Part shown: one piece after another, positions 1 through 14,554 of the stretch
Layout: every line of letters starts with the position of its first letter
How positions within the stretch are numbered: position 1 is the stretch's first letter
Assembly: GCF_009914755.1 (NCBI RefSeq)
Contig: NC_060936.1
Reading direction: 5' to 3' (one strand)
Origin: the human T2T-CHM13v2.0 reference genome, Homo sapiens
Length of the DNA stretch: 64,000 nt
Notes under the pieces: model-generated
What the model saw: only the letters and a program-made list of their open reading frames with translations
What the model was told of the DNA's origin: nothing
Databases searched by the model: none
Position numbers and translations under genes: made by a program

Positions 1-29
1 CAGCACATAGGTGTGGAGCCTGTCATTTT

Positions 30-150
30 CCCTCCCTCCTTCCCTTCCTCCCTCCCTCCCTCCCTCCCTCCCTCCTTCCCTCCTTCCTTCCTTCCTTCCT
101 TCCTTCCTTCCTTCCTTCCTTCCTTCCTTCCTTCCTTCCTTCCTTCCCTC
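30..150. repeat. (CCCT/CCTT)n pyrimidine microsatellite, probably an expanded Alu tail
   Basis: Direct tetranucleotide run abutting an antisense Alu fragment. Confidence 0.95.
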
Positions 151-157
151 TTTCTCT

Positions 158-893
<736 letters not shown>

Positions 894-895
894 GA

Positions 896-965
<70 letters not shown>

Positions 966-1045
966 AAGAAAGAAAGAAGGAAGGAAGGAAGGAAGGAAGG
1001 AAAGGAAGGAAGGAAGGGAAAGAAAGAAAGAAGAAACAAACAAAC
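894..1045. repeat. Compound (GAAA)n(GA)n(GGAA)n microsatellite in Alu tail
   Basis: Seen directly. Confidence 0.95.
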
Positions 1046-1774
1046 ACAAGGGCAGTTATGAGGACAAGAGGAAAGGATATCTGAAACTTGATCGGCCTTG
1101 AATATCTAGGGTCTTTGTTCAGTCTGTGTTTAAAAGCAGAGGTAACGAAACAAATGCAGTCATATTGACAACACCAAGAAAATCAATGCCACGGAGGGTT
1201 TTCTATCAGGAAAAACATTTATTTATTCCTGCTTGGACTCATCTCCTGTTAAAATCTATAATGGTCTGGAAGTAGCCAGTTGTTTTCACCTGTTTTGCAG
1301 AACAGGCTGGAAGTAGGGAAGAAACCTGACGCAGGATTTAACAGCCTTTCAACAAATAATATTGGGTGCTGACTCCATGTCAGGTGTGGCGCTCAGAGGA
1401 GATGGGGACGGGACACAGCATCGTCATAGCATTGTCATATGTCTTCCTATATAACTCACAGTCTACTGGGGAAGCAGACCAGAAAACTAAGAATTGCAAT
1501 TCTGCGTGACAGATTAGATAGAGCCCTGGAGCCTGTGAGAAGGGGTCTGTGTTCCGGGTGCTCTAATATTTTTCTTCTGTTTTTCTTTGTCCTTTCTGTC
1601 TCTATCCTTGGGCTACAAGCCACTCCACTTCCATTTTTCTCTTTTTGCAAACATCAGAATGCCAACTTCATTTCCATGGACCAACCTGCCCCCCACTGCA
1701 GGCTGGAACACACTCGCCCTGTGTGTCTGTTCTCTCCTGGAAGACAGAGTTTGTGGGAAGCCATGTGAAGGTGA

Positions 1775-2090
<316 letters not shown>

Positions 2091-2091
2091 T

Positions 2092-2372
2092 AGACTCTCA
2101 CTCACTCTGTCCCCCGGTCTGGAGTGCCGTGGCGCAATCTTGGCTCACTGCAACCTCCACCTCCCGGATTTAAGCAGTTCTCCTGCCTCAACCTCCTGAG
2201 TAGTTGGGATTACAGGCGTGCACCACCACGCCTGGCTAATTTTCATATTTTTAGTATAAATGGGGTTTCACCATTTTGTCTAGGCTGGTCTTGAGCTCCT
2301 AACCTCAAGTGATCCTCCCGTCCTGGCCTCCCAAAGTGCTAGGATTACAGGCATGAGCCACTACACCCGGCC
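2092..2372 (-). mobile_element. Alu (AluS-like), tail-less, fused to the preceding Alu
   Basis: Antisense Alu ending cccggcc at 2372. Confidence 0.93.
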
Positions 2373-2439
2373 TACTTACCAGACTTTTAATGAGGCTGTG
2401 CCAGGGGTTTGTCATACAAGGGTGAGGGCAAAACTCATG

Positions 2440-2950
2440 GTCTGCTCTCAGGAAGCTCACAGGCTAGTGGGGGTGGAGAGGTGGGCAAAACCCATGGGAA
2501 CAAACAAGTAAGCAATGATGAATGTGCTGAGTGTCTTGAAGGAAAGAGGAAGAGGGTTTGACACAGACTGACAGTGAGTGGCCGGCTTTGGACAGGGCTG
2601 TCAGGGAAACCTGAGATGGGGCATTTTAGCCAAGATGTGCAGGACAATGGGTAACCAGGCTTGGGAAGAGCAGAGGGAAGTATGTTCCAGGCAGGGGCAC
2701 AGCATGTGCAAAGACCTAGGTGGGGAATCAAGGAATGGGGGCAGAAAAGGCTATGGGGATGCAGTGATGTGAATGAGGGGCGAGTGGTATATGCTGAGCC
2801 TGGAGCGGTGAGCAGGGCTGGATTGTGCAAGACCTCAAGGCTGCAGGAAGAAGTTGGGATTTAATTTTTAATTGGAGAGTTTTATGTGGTTGAATAATAT
2901 AACTGGCTTTGGGTCCCAAAAGATCACTGCGATTACAGGGTGGAAAATTT
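2440..2950 (-). mobile_element. L2 LINE 3' fragment
   Basis: L2-typical tgttccaggcaggggcacagcatgtgcaaagacc and aagatcact motifs. Confidence 0.7.
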
Positions 2951-3040
2951 CCTCCTACGACATTTAGGTGATTGTAAAAAGTGCTCCTTTGCTATAAATA
3001 GCAGTGGCAGCTGCAGTTTATTCATTTGCTCTGTGGACAT

Positions 3041-3240
3041 TCACTGAGCACTTGCCATGTGTCAGACACTTAGCATGTTCCAACCACCCTGGGAATGAGG
3101 TATATCGTTACCACTCCCATTTAATAGATGAGGAAACTGAGGCCCGGAGAAGTCAAGTTACCTGCCCAAGGTCACACAGCTTGAAAGCAGTAGAGCTGGC
3201 ATTTGAACCCAGGCAGTCTGGCCCCAGCATCTCTGTACCT
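3041..3240 (-). mobile_element. MIR SINE
   Basis: gatgaggaaactgaggccc...gcccaaggtcacacagc...atttgaacccaggcagtctg. Confidence 0.9.
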
Positions 3241-3499
3241 ACCATTCCCATCCCACCACCTCTCTAGTTACTCCACTGGCCCTGCCCATTCCTATCTCCT
3301 CCCTCCTCTACCCCACAGGACTTCTGGTTACCCAAAGAAGACATAAACCTTGTTAAGACCTAAACATCAGACTCAGAACATGCATAGCCCTCCTTTTTCT
3401 CTTGATCAATTTTGCCTGTCTCCCACAACATTCATCTCTTTCCCTGGTTCAGTCAGCATCCTGCACCATCATTTTTAATGCTGATAGCTTCCAATTTTG

Positions 3500-3620
3500 C
3501 TTCCTTCTCCTCCTCCTTCTCTTCTTTCTCCTTTTCTTTCTCTTCCCTTCCTCTTCTTCTCCTCTGTCTTCCTCCCCCTCTTTCTTCTTCTCCAATCCCC
3601 TCTTCCTTGCTTCCTCTTCT
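3500..3620. repeat. CT-rich low-complexity tract
   Basis: Seen directly. Confidence 0.85.
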
Positions 3621-4644
3621 CGCATTGCTCCCAAACCGTTATTTGGTTCTAAGGTTTGAAGTGCCTGTCCCTATGAAGGAGAGGAGAAAGAGGCTCTGCT
3701 GGATTCCTCTCTGCCTACTCTGGCCCACTGCGTCCCTAACTGAGCATCTTCCTTCACAAAACCCTTCCTGCTCTGGGGCTCTGCATCTTGGTAAACAACA
3801 CCTCCACCTCCCCAATGGCCAAGCCAGAATCCCCTGTATGATCCTTGCTGCCACCTCTCTGCTGCCCGCTTCTCACTTCCAATCATCCGCCTTCTGAAGA
3901 GTTCCTCCCTCTCCAGGCCTGACTGCCCTTTGTGGCCTTCCCCCTGCATCTCTGCTTCAGATGTGCCCCTGCAGGTCTGCAACCCATTCTCACCCAGCAG
4001 CCAAGAAGCTGAAACACACACATCGGATTGCTTTAATATTACTCTCCTGCCTAAACCTCTTAGTGGCTTCTAATGGATTCTTCTGTCCACTCTTCTGGAC
4101 ATAAGCCTGGGACTCTACACTGAGAGGTTTAGGCAGGAGAGTAATATGAGACTGGCTGTGTTTCTACTGTAAGCCACCACCATCTCTTCCCGAATGCTTC
4201 AATAACCTCCTAACTGCCTTTTCCATCTCACTGTCTACATTACGGATAGTAGTGTCCACATTACAGGAATTATGTTAATTTTCATTTTAGTGAATAATGA
4301 CTTTTTTGAGGGGGGGCTTAAAGTGAAATATATTAATCATGAGATATTTAAGCAGTTCAGAAAGATCCAAAGAATGAGATAAAAATGAAATCCTCTGACA
4401 TTCCACCAATCCAGCAACAATCAAAGCTGACTTGGGCAAGCAGATAAAAGTGACATTTTAAAAACACAAATCTGTTGGTGCTTCTCTCTCAATTAGAACT
4501 TTTAAAGAACAGCTTCCCTTTGCTGCCAGGATAAATATCGACATTTTTTAGCATGGCTTGCAAAGCTTTAGAAACTCTAGACCTTGACATCTTGCTACAC
4601 TTTCTCTCTCATTCTTTTTGCCCCTTGGTTCCACAAATGGTGTT

Positions 4645-5478
4645 TGGATTAGTCAGGACAAGACCAGCTGCTGCAACAAATAAGCCTGTAAGTTTCAGTG
4701 TCTTAACACATTAGTTTCTTTTTCTTGTTCAGGTGAATGTAGGTTGTATTAATCAAGATTCTTCAGAGAAACAGAACTGATAGTGTATATATAGATATAT
4801 AAGAGGGGATTTATTATGGGAACTGGTTTATGTGATTCTGGAGGCCAAGAAGTTCCATGATATGCTGTCTGTGACATGGAGAACCAGGGAAGCCGGGTTG
4901 AAGACTGAAGAGCTGAGAACCTGGAGTTCTGATGTTTAAGGGCAGGAGAAGATAAATGTCCCAGCTCCAGAAGAGAGCGAATTTGTCTTTTTTCTTTCTT
5001 TTTTTTTTTTTTTTTTTCTGTTCTTGGATGATGCCTACCTACATTGGTGAGGCTGACCTTCTTTACTCAGTCTACTGATTCAAATGCTAATCTCTTCTGA
5101 AAATATTCTCACCACATGCCCAGAAATAATGTTTTTACTAGCTATCTGGGTATCCTTTAACCCAGTCAAGTTAACACATAAAATTAATTATCCTATAAAT
5201 GCACCTGGTCCATGGGTATCTTTCTTTCTTGGGGGGGATTCAGGATCCCAGGCTCCCCCTCTCTTATGGCTCTGCCATCCCTTAGAACTTTGGAGAGCGC
5301 CATCCAGCCAGCAGCAGAGAGATGGGGGAGCCACACTTTGACCCAGAAGTGACACCATCACTTCCACACACATGCGTTGGCAGTAATTGGTCCCAGGGAC
5401 ATACATTCCCAGGAACAATGGAATGCTTTAGAAGGAGGAGCATAGATTTTGATGGGCAGTTAACTGCCTCTGCTATGT
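4645..5478 (-). mobile_element. MLT1 (MaLR, MLT1K-like) LTR split by an MLT2 insertion
   Basis: gctgctgcaacaaa...tcagtgtcttaacaca before, and ccagaagtgacaccatcacttcc after, the MLT2. Confidence 0.6.
4745..5193 (-). mobile_element. MLT2 (ERVL) solo LTR
   Basis: tgtattaatcaagattcttcagagaaacagaac ... cccagtcaagttaacacataaaattaa. Confidence 0.85.
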
Positions 5479-5509
5479 GCTCTTTCTGCCCAAGGATTCT
5501 CATACAAGC

Positions 5510-5802
5510 TGTATCACCTGCTTGAAATGCTGGTCTCCCACTCCTTATCTGGCTAGCTCCTATTTATCATTCAGGTCTTATCTTAAAACTTATTTTTTCT
5601 AGGTAGGTTTAGACCCCATAGAAACTTGCAAATCTCTTTGGTAGCTTTGCATGTGTGCAATTAATTTTTTGGCAGGATTATTTATTTCTGTCTTTCTTGC
5701 TAGTCTGTAATCACCACGAAGTGTATCTTATCTGTCTTATTTAGTTCTGTATCTTCAGAGCATGCTCAGGATATAGTAGGTGCTCAATAAATATTTGTTG
5801 AC
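5510..5802 (+). mobile_element. L2 3' end
   Basis: atagtaggtgctcaataaatatttgttga terminus. Confidence 0.8.
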
Positions 5803-6084
5803 TTGGTGGTGGTGTAGGGGGTGGTTACGGGCCGAACTGGGATCTGACATTTGGGAGAGTATTTAATGACCTTGATCATTAAGAAACGTTTTGTAGCAGG
5901 TTGAAGATTTTAAAAAGACCATGAGTGTTCTTGACTGTGATCTTGTTAATGGAAACATCTATCCTTCTACTCTGTTTCTTGTCACAAACCCCACAGCCAC
6001 ATAATACACTGAGTGAGTGAGTCACAGGCTAGGTAGGGGTCCTACCAAACAGATGGCTCATGGTTTAGGAAAGAAGTTGATATT

Positions 6085-6535
6085 GCCTTAGTTTGGGTCC
6101 CTCTAAAGATGACCCTGAGACAAGGACTAAGGTGCAGGGAGTTTATCTGGCAGATGATTCCAAGGAGGAGGAGTGAGGGACAGGAAGAGTGAACTGAGGA
6201 TACCAGAAAACCAGCAAGTGTGTTCAATAGAGGGTTACTGCTGTGTGCAACTGGAGCTCCATCCTCTTGGGTACCCTCTGAGTGACTGTGTAGGATATGT
6301 TTCAGAATTGTCTCACTGCTGAGTGGGAAAGATGGGGCAATTATTTCACTGATTCCCACACCTCTTTTGTTGATGACGGCCCTGGGGATGTTAAATCTTC
6401 AACTCTTCAGGATTGGGCCTGATCTTGCCATACTGGAGAAAGCTCCCAGGCAGAGAGAGTGGGCACTTAAGGAGAGAACTGGTCAACCTGCATGGTGGGC
6501 CTAGGAGAGAGGGGCAGGACATTGACAGTGTCTTC
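6085..6535 (-). mobile_element. ERVL LTR16-like solo LTR
   Basis: ttagtttgggtccctc...gaccctgagacaagga...gtttatctgg motif. Confidence 0.65.
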
Positions 6536-6892
6536 TATAATTTCTTTATTAATAATGGTTCTAAGCTTGTTACATATCAGAGCTGTTTAAAAGGCTATTT
6601 CTTTTCTGATTATAAAATTATTATTCTCATCGATTTTCTGATGATAAAATACATATGTGATTATATATGTATCTATCTCTACATATAGATATATAGGCAT
6701 CTATCTGTATCCATATATATAGATATCGATATGATCATAGTTGATTAGATATTTCCATTAGACTGATTCCTAAGAGTAGAGTTGTGTCAAAGGTGTACAT
6801 GTTAACATATTGACAGACATTCCAAATTGCGCTCCTAAAACATTGTACCAGTTTAGAATCCTGCCAAAAACATATGAGAATATCTATTTTTA

Positions 6893-7213
6893 TTGTTTTT
6901 TTGTTTTGCTTTTGTTTTTTTTGAGACAGGGTCTCACTCTGTCACCCACACTGGAGTGCAGTGGTACAATCTCGGCTCACTGAAACCTCTGCCTCCTGGG
7001 TTCAGGCGATTCTCCTGCCTCAGCCTCCTGAGTAGCTGGGATTACAGGTACCTGCTACCATGCACAGCCAATTTTTGTTTTCTTTTTTTTTTTAGTAGAG
7101 ACAGGGTTATGCCATGTTGGCCAGGCTGGTCTCACATTCCTGACCTCAAGTGATCCACCTGTCTCAGCCTCCCAAGGTACTGGAGTTACAGGCATGAGCA
7201 ACCACACCTGGCC
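6893..7213 (-). mobile_element. Alu (AluS) with 17-bp TSD
   Basis: TSD gagaatatctattttta at 6876-6892 and 7214-7230. Confidence 0.95.
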
Positions 7214-7396
7214 GAGAATATCTATTTTTAATTATCTTCATTAATTCTGCAAAAGATCAATCTCCTGTTAATCTGATGAAACATTAATTTAAATACAAAT
7301 TTATTTGGCTATTAGGGAGGCTGAGTATCTATCTTAAATTGGTTAGTTATTTTTCTACTTTCTATTGCTGTGTTCATTTTTTATTTTTCCTACTGG

Positions 7397-8025
7397 TGTC
7401 TCAGTCCATTCAGGCTGCTACAACAAAAATGTCTTAGACTGGGTAATTTACAAATAGTAGAAATTTATTGCTCACAGGTCTGTAGGCTGGAAAATCCAAG
7501 ATCAAGGTGCCAGCAGATTCAATGTCTGGTAAGGGCTTGCTTCTTCATAGATGGTTTCTTCTCTACGTCCCCACCTGGTGGAAGGGACAAACAGGCTCCC
7601 TCAAACCCTTTTCTTTCTTTTTGCTCTGTCACCTAGGCTGTAGTGAAGTGGCATGATCATGGCCCAGGCTCATGCAATCTTCTAGCCTCAGCCTCGCTCA
7701 CCACCTTCAGTAGCTGGGACTACAGGTGCATGCCACCATGCCTGGTTAATTCTTTAATTTTTTGTAGAGATGGGTTCTCACTATGTTGCCCAGGCTGGTC
7801 TCAAACTCCTGGGCTCAGGGGATCTTCCTACCTCAGCCTCCCCAAGTGGTGGGATTACAGGCATAAGCCATTGCACCTGGCTCAAACAAACCTCTTTTAT
7901 AAGGGCACTAATCATATTCATGAGACTCTGCCCTCATCACCTCATTATCCCTGAAGACCCCATTTTTTAATACTAATACATTCCAACATGTGAATTTGGG
8001 GAGACACCTATATTCAACCATAGCA
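7397..8025 (-). mobile_element. MLT1A-like MaLR LTR, interrupted by Alu
   Basis: tgtctcagtccattcaggctgctacaacaaaa ... aatttggggagacacctatattcaaccatagca. Confidence 0.8.
7610..7882 (-). mobile_element. Alu (AluJ-like)
   Basis: Diverged antisense Alu inside the MLT1A. Confidence 0.88.
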
Positions 8026-8934
8026 GTGGGAGGGATAATTGTACTTAGTAAGTCTCAGCCACTGTGGCTGCTGTTGCTGTTGTCCTATTTTCTCACTGCT
8101 GGGAAGAAAGGAAGGTGACAGATGGGAGATCCTGCCTCCAGCCTCACAGACCTGCAATGATGATGAAATCATACTTTTTCTGCACATGTTATTATTCAAG
8201 GAGTCACTACCTGGTTCGCTGCCAGAAATCAGTGACCTTTTAAGGGTCGTCTAGTCCTGGGTGTTTCCCAGGACACATCTAGGACATGTCCATCAGTTTT
8301 TCCCAGCCTTTGGGCCAGCTGGAGACCCTCAAGGCATGGTTGTTCTCTGGGACACAGTTGTCTATGCCAGCAGCCACAGTGGCTTATCACTTGCCAGCAG
8401 CCACAGTGACTTATCTTGCACCTCTCTTTCTTTCATGCTGGAGGATTTCTTCAAATGTCTGATGATTTCTGGTTACCTCTCCATACTTAGAATAAGAGTT
8501 TGGAATCTGAGCTGTGATCAACTGGCAGATTTTGTGTTGGGTATTTGAATGGGGAGACAGCTGCCTCCAAATGCAGAGCATGGAGGAGTGTCTCAAAGGC
8601 CGTTATTTTCTCCAGGGAAGAAACCACCAATCTCCTGTTCATGTTCTGAGAGCCGAGGTGGAAGAGTGTGTGGGTAGGGAAATCAGACTTCCAATGACTC
8701 CCTCGTTCTCCAGGACTATGTCTTATTCCTTAATATCTCTGCTGTCATGGATCTGAGTCTTTCTGGGGTTTTATGGGAACACCTAGCTCTTATATTTCCT
8801 AATTCATTCCCTCTGTGATGACTGTAAACTGCCTTCTCCTGATTGCTGTATCAATTTCTTCCTTGTACTTTCATCTTCCAGAACTTGGTTGAAATCTGCT
8901 CAGATAATGGAGTTTTCCCCCTTCTCTATCACAT

Positions 8935-9447
8935 GTGTGGTAGATTGTAAAAAATGATCCAAATGATCCCCTGCCCCTGAACCCATGCCCTTGCAATGCC
9001 TTATACCCCAACCAGTAGACTGAAGTCTATTTATTCATTTATTTATTCAGTCAGGGTCATCCATGTGGCTTGCTTTGGCCAATGAGACATTACCAAATAA
9101 GATGCATGCGGGGGCTTGAAAAGTGCTCGTGCATCAGGGCTTTACCTCTCTTGTTGCTCTTGGAAAGGTGCCACCATATGAATCAGCCTGGACTAGCCTG
9201 CTGGAGGATGAGAGGCACATGGCACAGTCTTCCCTGCCAGCTGACATTCAGTCAACTTCCAGATATGCAAGTGAGGCCATCCAGGACCAGCCAGCCACCA
9301 GCCAATTCCCCAGCCTACTGCAGATGTATGAGAGAGCCCAGCTGAGATCATTCAGTAGCTTCTACAGAATCAAGGGCTAAATTAATGGTGGTTGTTTTAA
9401 GTCACTGAGTTTTGGGGTTGTACTATGCAGCAATAGATCACTGGTAT
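8935..9447 (+). mobile_element. MLT1 (F/G-like) MaLR LTR
   Basis: ttgctttggccaatgag ... gttgttttaagtcactgagttttgggg...gcagcaatagat. Confidence 0.8.
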
Positions 9448-9495
9448 GCCATGGCTCTATACATTTTCAGTTTTTTAACTGAATTATAAAGGGAT

Positions 9496-10210
<715 letters not shown>

Positions 10211-11761
10211 GAGTACTGTCTACCACGTGTGCTATCATTGAAGGGGGGAAAGGAATAAGCATGTGTAATTAATTTTCCATCCTCCACCCAAACCTGATGA
10301 CCCATGTCCATTCCCTGCTCCTGCTGCCAGATTGTGGATGCCATTGCTTCTGAAACAAACATGTGGGGGTGTTCTTTGCTTGAAGCCAACCTCTTCACCT
10401 CTGAGTGACACTAGGTGACCTCAGACTCTTTCATCCATTGGTATATGGGCCAATGTCCCTTAGACCAGAGTTAGCAAGAAGTTCCTCCCTTCCCTGGTCC
10501 AAAGGCCCACCCCATTTCTTTGCTCATCCAAAACTTTTTTAGGATAATTCAGAGTAGGAATATCTACTCCCTTTATATAAACATTCCAGCTTCAACAATC
10601 ATGCTGTGGTCTACCCCCAAGGCCCAAAAGGACAGCTCACAAAATAGTTTAACATTCCCTAAAGTCTTATTCAGTGTCATTTCTGATCACCTTGATATAA
10701 AATATTTAGCAGGATGTAAATGTATAGTTATACCCTGAAATCATTTACATTGAAAATATTGTGACCTTAACGTGTTGTTGAAAGAACACAAAATCCTTTC
10801 TAGAACTGAAGGACAGACACTTCCACTTACAGATAGGAAATTTTTGAATTGAGGTCTATGCACCATTAGTCCATGGGATTTTAGAGGAATATTATTTCCA
10901 AATATTGTATACCCCAGGATTATGTCAAAATGTTGTGTATAAAGGCAGGTATGCATTCTTTTGGGGAGAAGGTTTTCATTAGAGATGCTGTATTCTAGGA
11001 GAGAGACCTAGCAATCACTGATTTAGAGGAACTCCCAGAGGCTGGGAGGATCAGAAGTGGTTTGGAATCAAAATCATAGCCGTGAACCTCAAGGATTGTG
11101 ACTTTTAATGATCATCCATTTTTCAAAGAATATTCCATCATGTTCTTGTTCTTTAGTGTCCATATCTGTATAGTAAGTCTGGTGAACACACATACCTGTT
11201 AAAGCCCATAGGTCTATAAGGATATTCCCTGCTTAAAAATATGAATCCTGAAAAAAACCAATGGGAACAAGCTTTTACTTAGTACCTACTAAGTGCTTGG
11301 TGCTGTGTACAGGGTTTTATCTGTATGGACTTATTTGATCAGTCCTTCATTGAGTTAGGTTTTATAATTCCCATTTGATTAATGAAGAAACTCTACCTTT
11401 CATTAGGAGGTATGTCAAAGAATTTCCAGCCATTCTTTAAAATCAGCACAACTCTTATCTCTCCATCTTTTCTTAGTGGAATGCCTTGAATACAAGAACT
11501 GCTCAATACATGTTTGTTAAATAAAAATTTATAAGTGGAGGAGCTGAGTCCCAGAGAGGGGATGTATCTTATTCAAGTCCTCCCTGCTAGTAAGTGGTTG
11601 CACACTTACTAAGAAAGACTAAAATTTAGATCTTTTAACACTGTGACTGACTTGCTATCATCAACTCCATATACTTTTCTTTTTCTCATGCAATTTTAAT
11701 AATAGAAATAATTTTGTAAGAGCAAATAAACAATGTGTCTGAATTTGCTTTATTTGACTCA

Positions 11762-12166
11762 GATGAGAAGTTGCAAACTCAGATGTCTATAGTGGCCTGA
11801 CAGGTAACCTGAATGACTAAAGTGATCCATGTGTAAGAAGGTAAATGGCCATCAAAACTTGACCATGGAATTGGGAGACAATAGGGAGTGGTGGGGACTA
11901 TGGTGAACAGGAGAGCCCATGCCCTATTACTTAGCCACAAGTTGAGGTTGCCAAGTGGCTCCATGTGCCCAGAGAACTGCCATATCTTCAGATTTTTCAA
12001 GAGAAACTGAGAATCCAAATTGTGGAGTAAAATCTCCCTATTTATAAGTACTGTATGGGTAACAAATTCCAATTTAAAGCACTATGAAGACCGTATATAT
12101 TCAAAGCTAAATAAAACATTTGTGGGCCAAATTCCCCAACCCAGGCTGCTGATTTGTAACCTCTGA
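11762..12166. mobile_element. hAT-Charlie DNA transposon (MER102-like)
   Basis: Ends gttgcaaactc and atttgtaacctctg resemble Charlie TIRs; internal gatttttcaagagaaac motif. Confidence 0.55.
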
Positions 12167-13677
12167 TTTGGAGTTTGGGCTTTTCATAGGGACATTTGAT
12201 ATTGGATAATTTCTAATTGTAAGCTGGAAACTTGTGTTAATTTGAGTCAGACAATTCTTCAACAATTTTCTGCAATTTGAAATAAGTCAGGACACAGATA
12301 AGAAAACAAATGACGCTTGAACACAGGTGCAGACAATACAACAGGGAAGCCTGTCTACCTCTGCTGAAGGCTGATTTTTCCCCTGGGCCATTCAAAGGCA
12401 CTGCAGGACAGGGAGAGGACAGGAGTAGGGAGAAGATGGAGAGAATGGATCACTTGCATTGCTGAAAATATCTCTACAACAGATCTGTAAAAGCAAATAA
12501 GGTAATGAAACCTTAAGCTCAAAAATCTGTTTTTTGGGTGACAAGGTTATGTTCTGTGAATATTACACTATGGAGAAGCCCAGATCTTAAATCGTGGGTT
12601 CCATACACTTTTTAAAAGAGGAGACTGATGCTTTTCTGAAAAGTGAGGAGGGGATATTTTCCTTTAGAATATTTTAGTTTTCTTCCAAAAATGTAAGAAG
12701 TACTAACAACACAGGGATTGTCCCATTTAATATTATAAACGATCATCCTTCTTACTGTTTTTCCTTCCATTTAAGTAACAAATACCATTTGTAGAAAAGT
12801 TGGAAAATTGGTTAAGCATAAAAATAAAACATAAAACATCATAATCTTACTTCCAAGAAGAAATCATTTAAAAAATTGGTTTGAAATATATCCTTCCAAT
12901 TTTCTTTGTGCATGTTAGTGGCCATTGTGAGCTTTGGGAAGCTTTAGGTGGTATCTGGTTAAGTTGGTAAGCCAAGGGGCTCAGCCACCCCTTTTGTCCC
13001 AAGGTTTTCCATGCAAAGGAGTGCACACGAAACAATGGGGAAGAAAGTGCCATGCTACAGTTAGCTGGGCTTGTGCTGAAACCCCAGTGAGGCTCTTTTT
13101 GGTAAGCTGGGGCACATGGCTTATTACCAAGATGTATTAAGGGATCTTTGTCCTTCCCCAAGTCCAGTCTGAATCTTGGAGTCTTATATCCCTCTGACCA
13201 CATGGGACAGGTGACTGAAGAGATGAGAATCCATCGATGAAAGAGTATGATGTAAGAAGAACACACCTATTAGAACATAGCTTCCCCACCCACTGGTAAA
13301 TATGGACCAATCAATGTCCGTTGGAATTGGACCCAACGAGATCAGGGTTCCTGCCTCTTGGGGAGGAGTGGGGTTAAGGAAGGGAAGAGGGAAGAGCAAA
13401 TGGATTTCCACTTGCCGTATGTATACAAATATTTCTTTTTACAAGATGGGATCACATTATGTTTATTGCATGCACAATCATTTGTCTTTTTCACTCAACA
13501 ATGCCTCATGACTCTCTTCATTCCAAAAGCATGGGGGGGATACTTGAAGGGGCAGGAAAGGAGAGGGTAATTGTACTTATCCTATATAAATCTACACATT
13601 CTGACAAAATGGGCTCATGTAGTTCACATTGTATCCTTTGATCCCCCCCGCCCCCGCACTGAAATATCATGACCATC

Positions 13678-13957
13678 TTTTTTTTTTTGAGACGGAGTCT
13701 CGCTCTGTCGCCCAGGCTGGAGTGCAGTGGCGTGATCTCAGCTCACAGCAAGCTCCGCCTCCCGGGTTCAGCCACTTTCCTGCGTCAGCCTCTCCAAGTA
13801 GCTGGGACTACAGGCGCCCGCCACCACGCCCGGCTAATTTTTTATATTTTTAGTAGAGACGGGGTTTCACCGTGGTCTCGATCTCCTGACCTCGTGATCC
13901 GCCCGCCTCGGCCTCCCAAAGTGCTGGGATTACAGGCGTGAGCCACCGCGCCCAGCC
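13678..13957 (-). mobile_element. Young AluY-lineage element with 12-bp left-arm deletion (AluYd-type)
   Basis: CpG-rich; ggggtttcaccgtggtctcgatc lacks the usual ttagccaggatg; TSD tgaccatcttt. Confidence 0.9.
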
Positions 13958-14554
13958 TTGACCATCTTTCAGTGTAAAAAAAAGCCCAGAAATCTCTAGG
14001 GGGAGGACTGAAAGGAGAAGTGGGGGAGGAATAAGGCCATTTACCACATTTACATGTGCACACCTATAAAATGAGATCCTGCTGAGCATATGGTGCAATA
14101 ACTTGCTTTTATTTTTACTTAAAAACATTATGAACATCTTTCTGTGTCCAGAAGTACAGTACCCTTTTGGTGAACACTGCATCCCTTAGTGCCATTAATT
14201 TTTACAGCTCTGTTATTTTTTAACATCTGTAATTTCCTATGAATCCTAGCTCAACTGGACACTATGTACCTTTGGCCAAATTATTTACCTTCCCTTAGCC
14301 TTAGCGTCTTCACCTGCAAAATGAGAATAACTCTACTTGCCTTAAACAGCTATTTTGAGAATATCTCATTAAATGAGATAAGGCCTGGGAGCTAAAAGTA
14401 GTGATAGGATAGATTTCATTTTTGTCTGCCTCCTGAGTTCCAGACATCCCACTTTAAGTGCAATATGTCATTGAGTTCTCAAAATGATTTTAATTGCTGG
14501 ACACCATCATTCCATTTTACAGATGAGAAATTGAGGTTCAGTGGGGGCAAGGTA

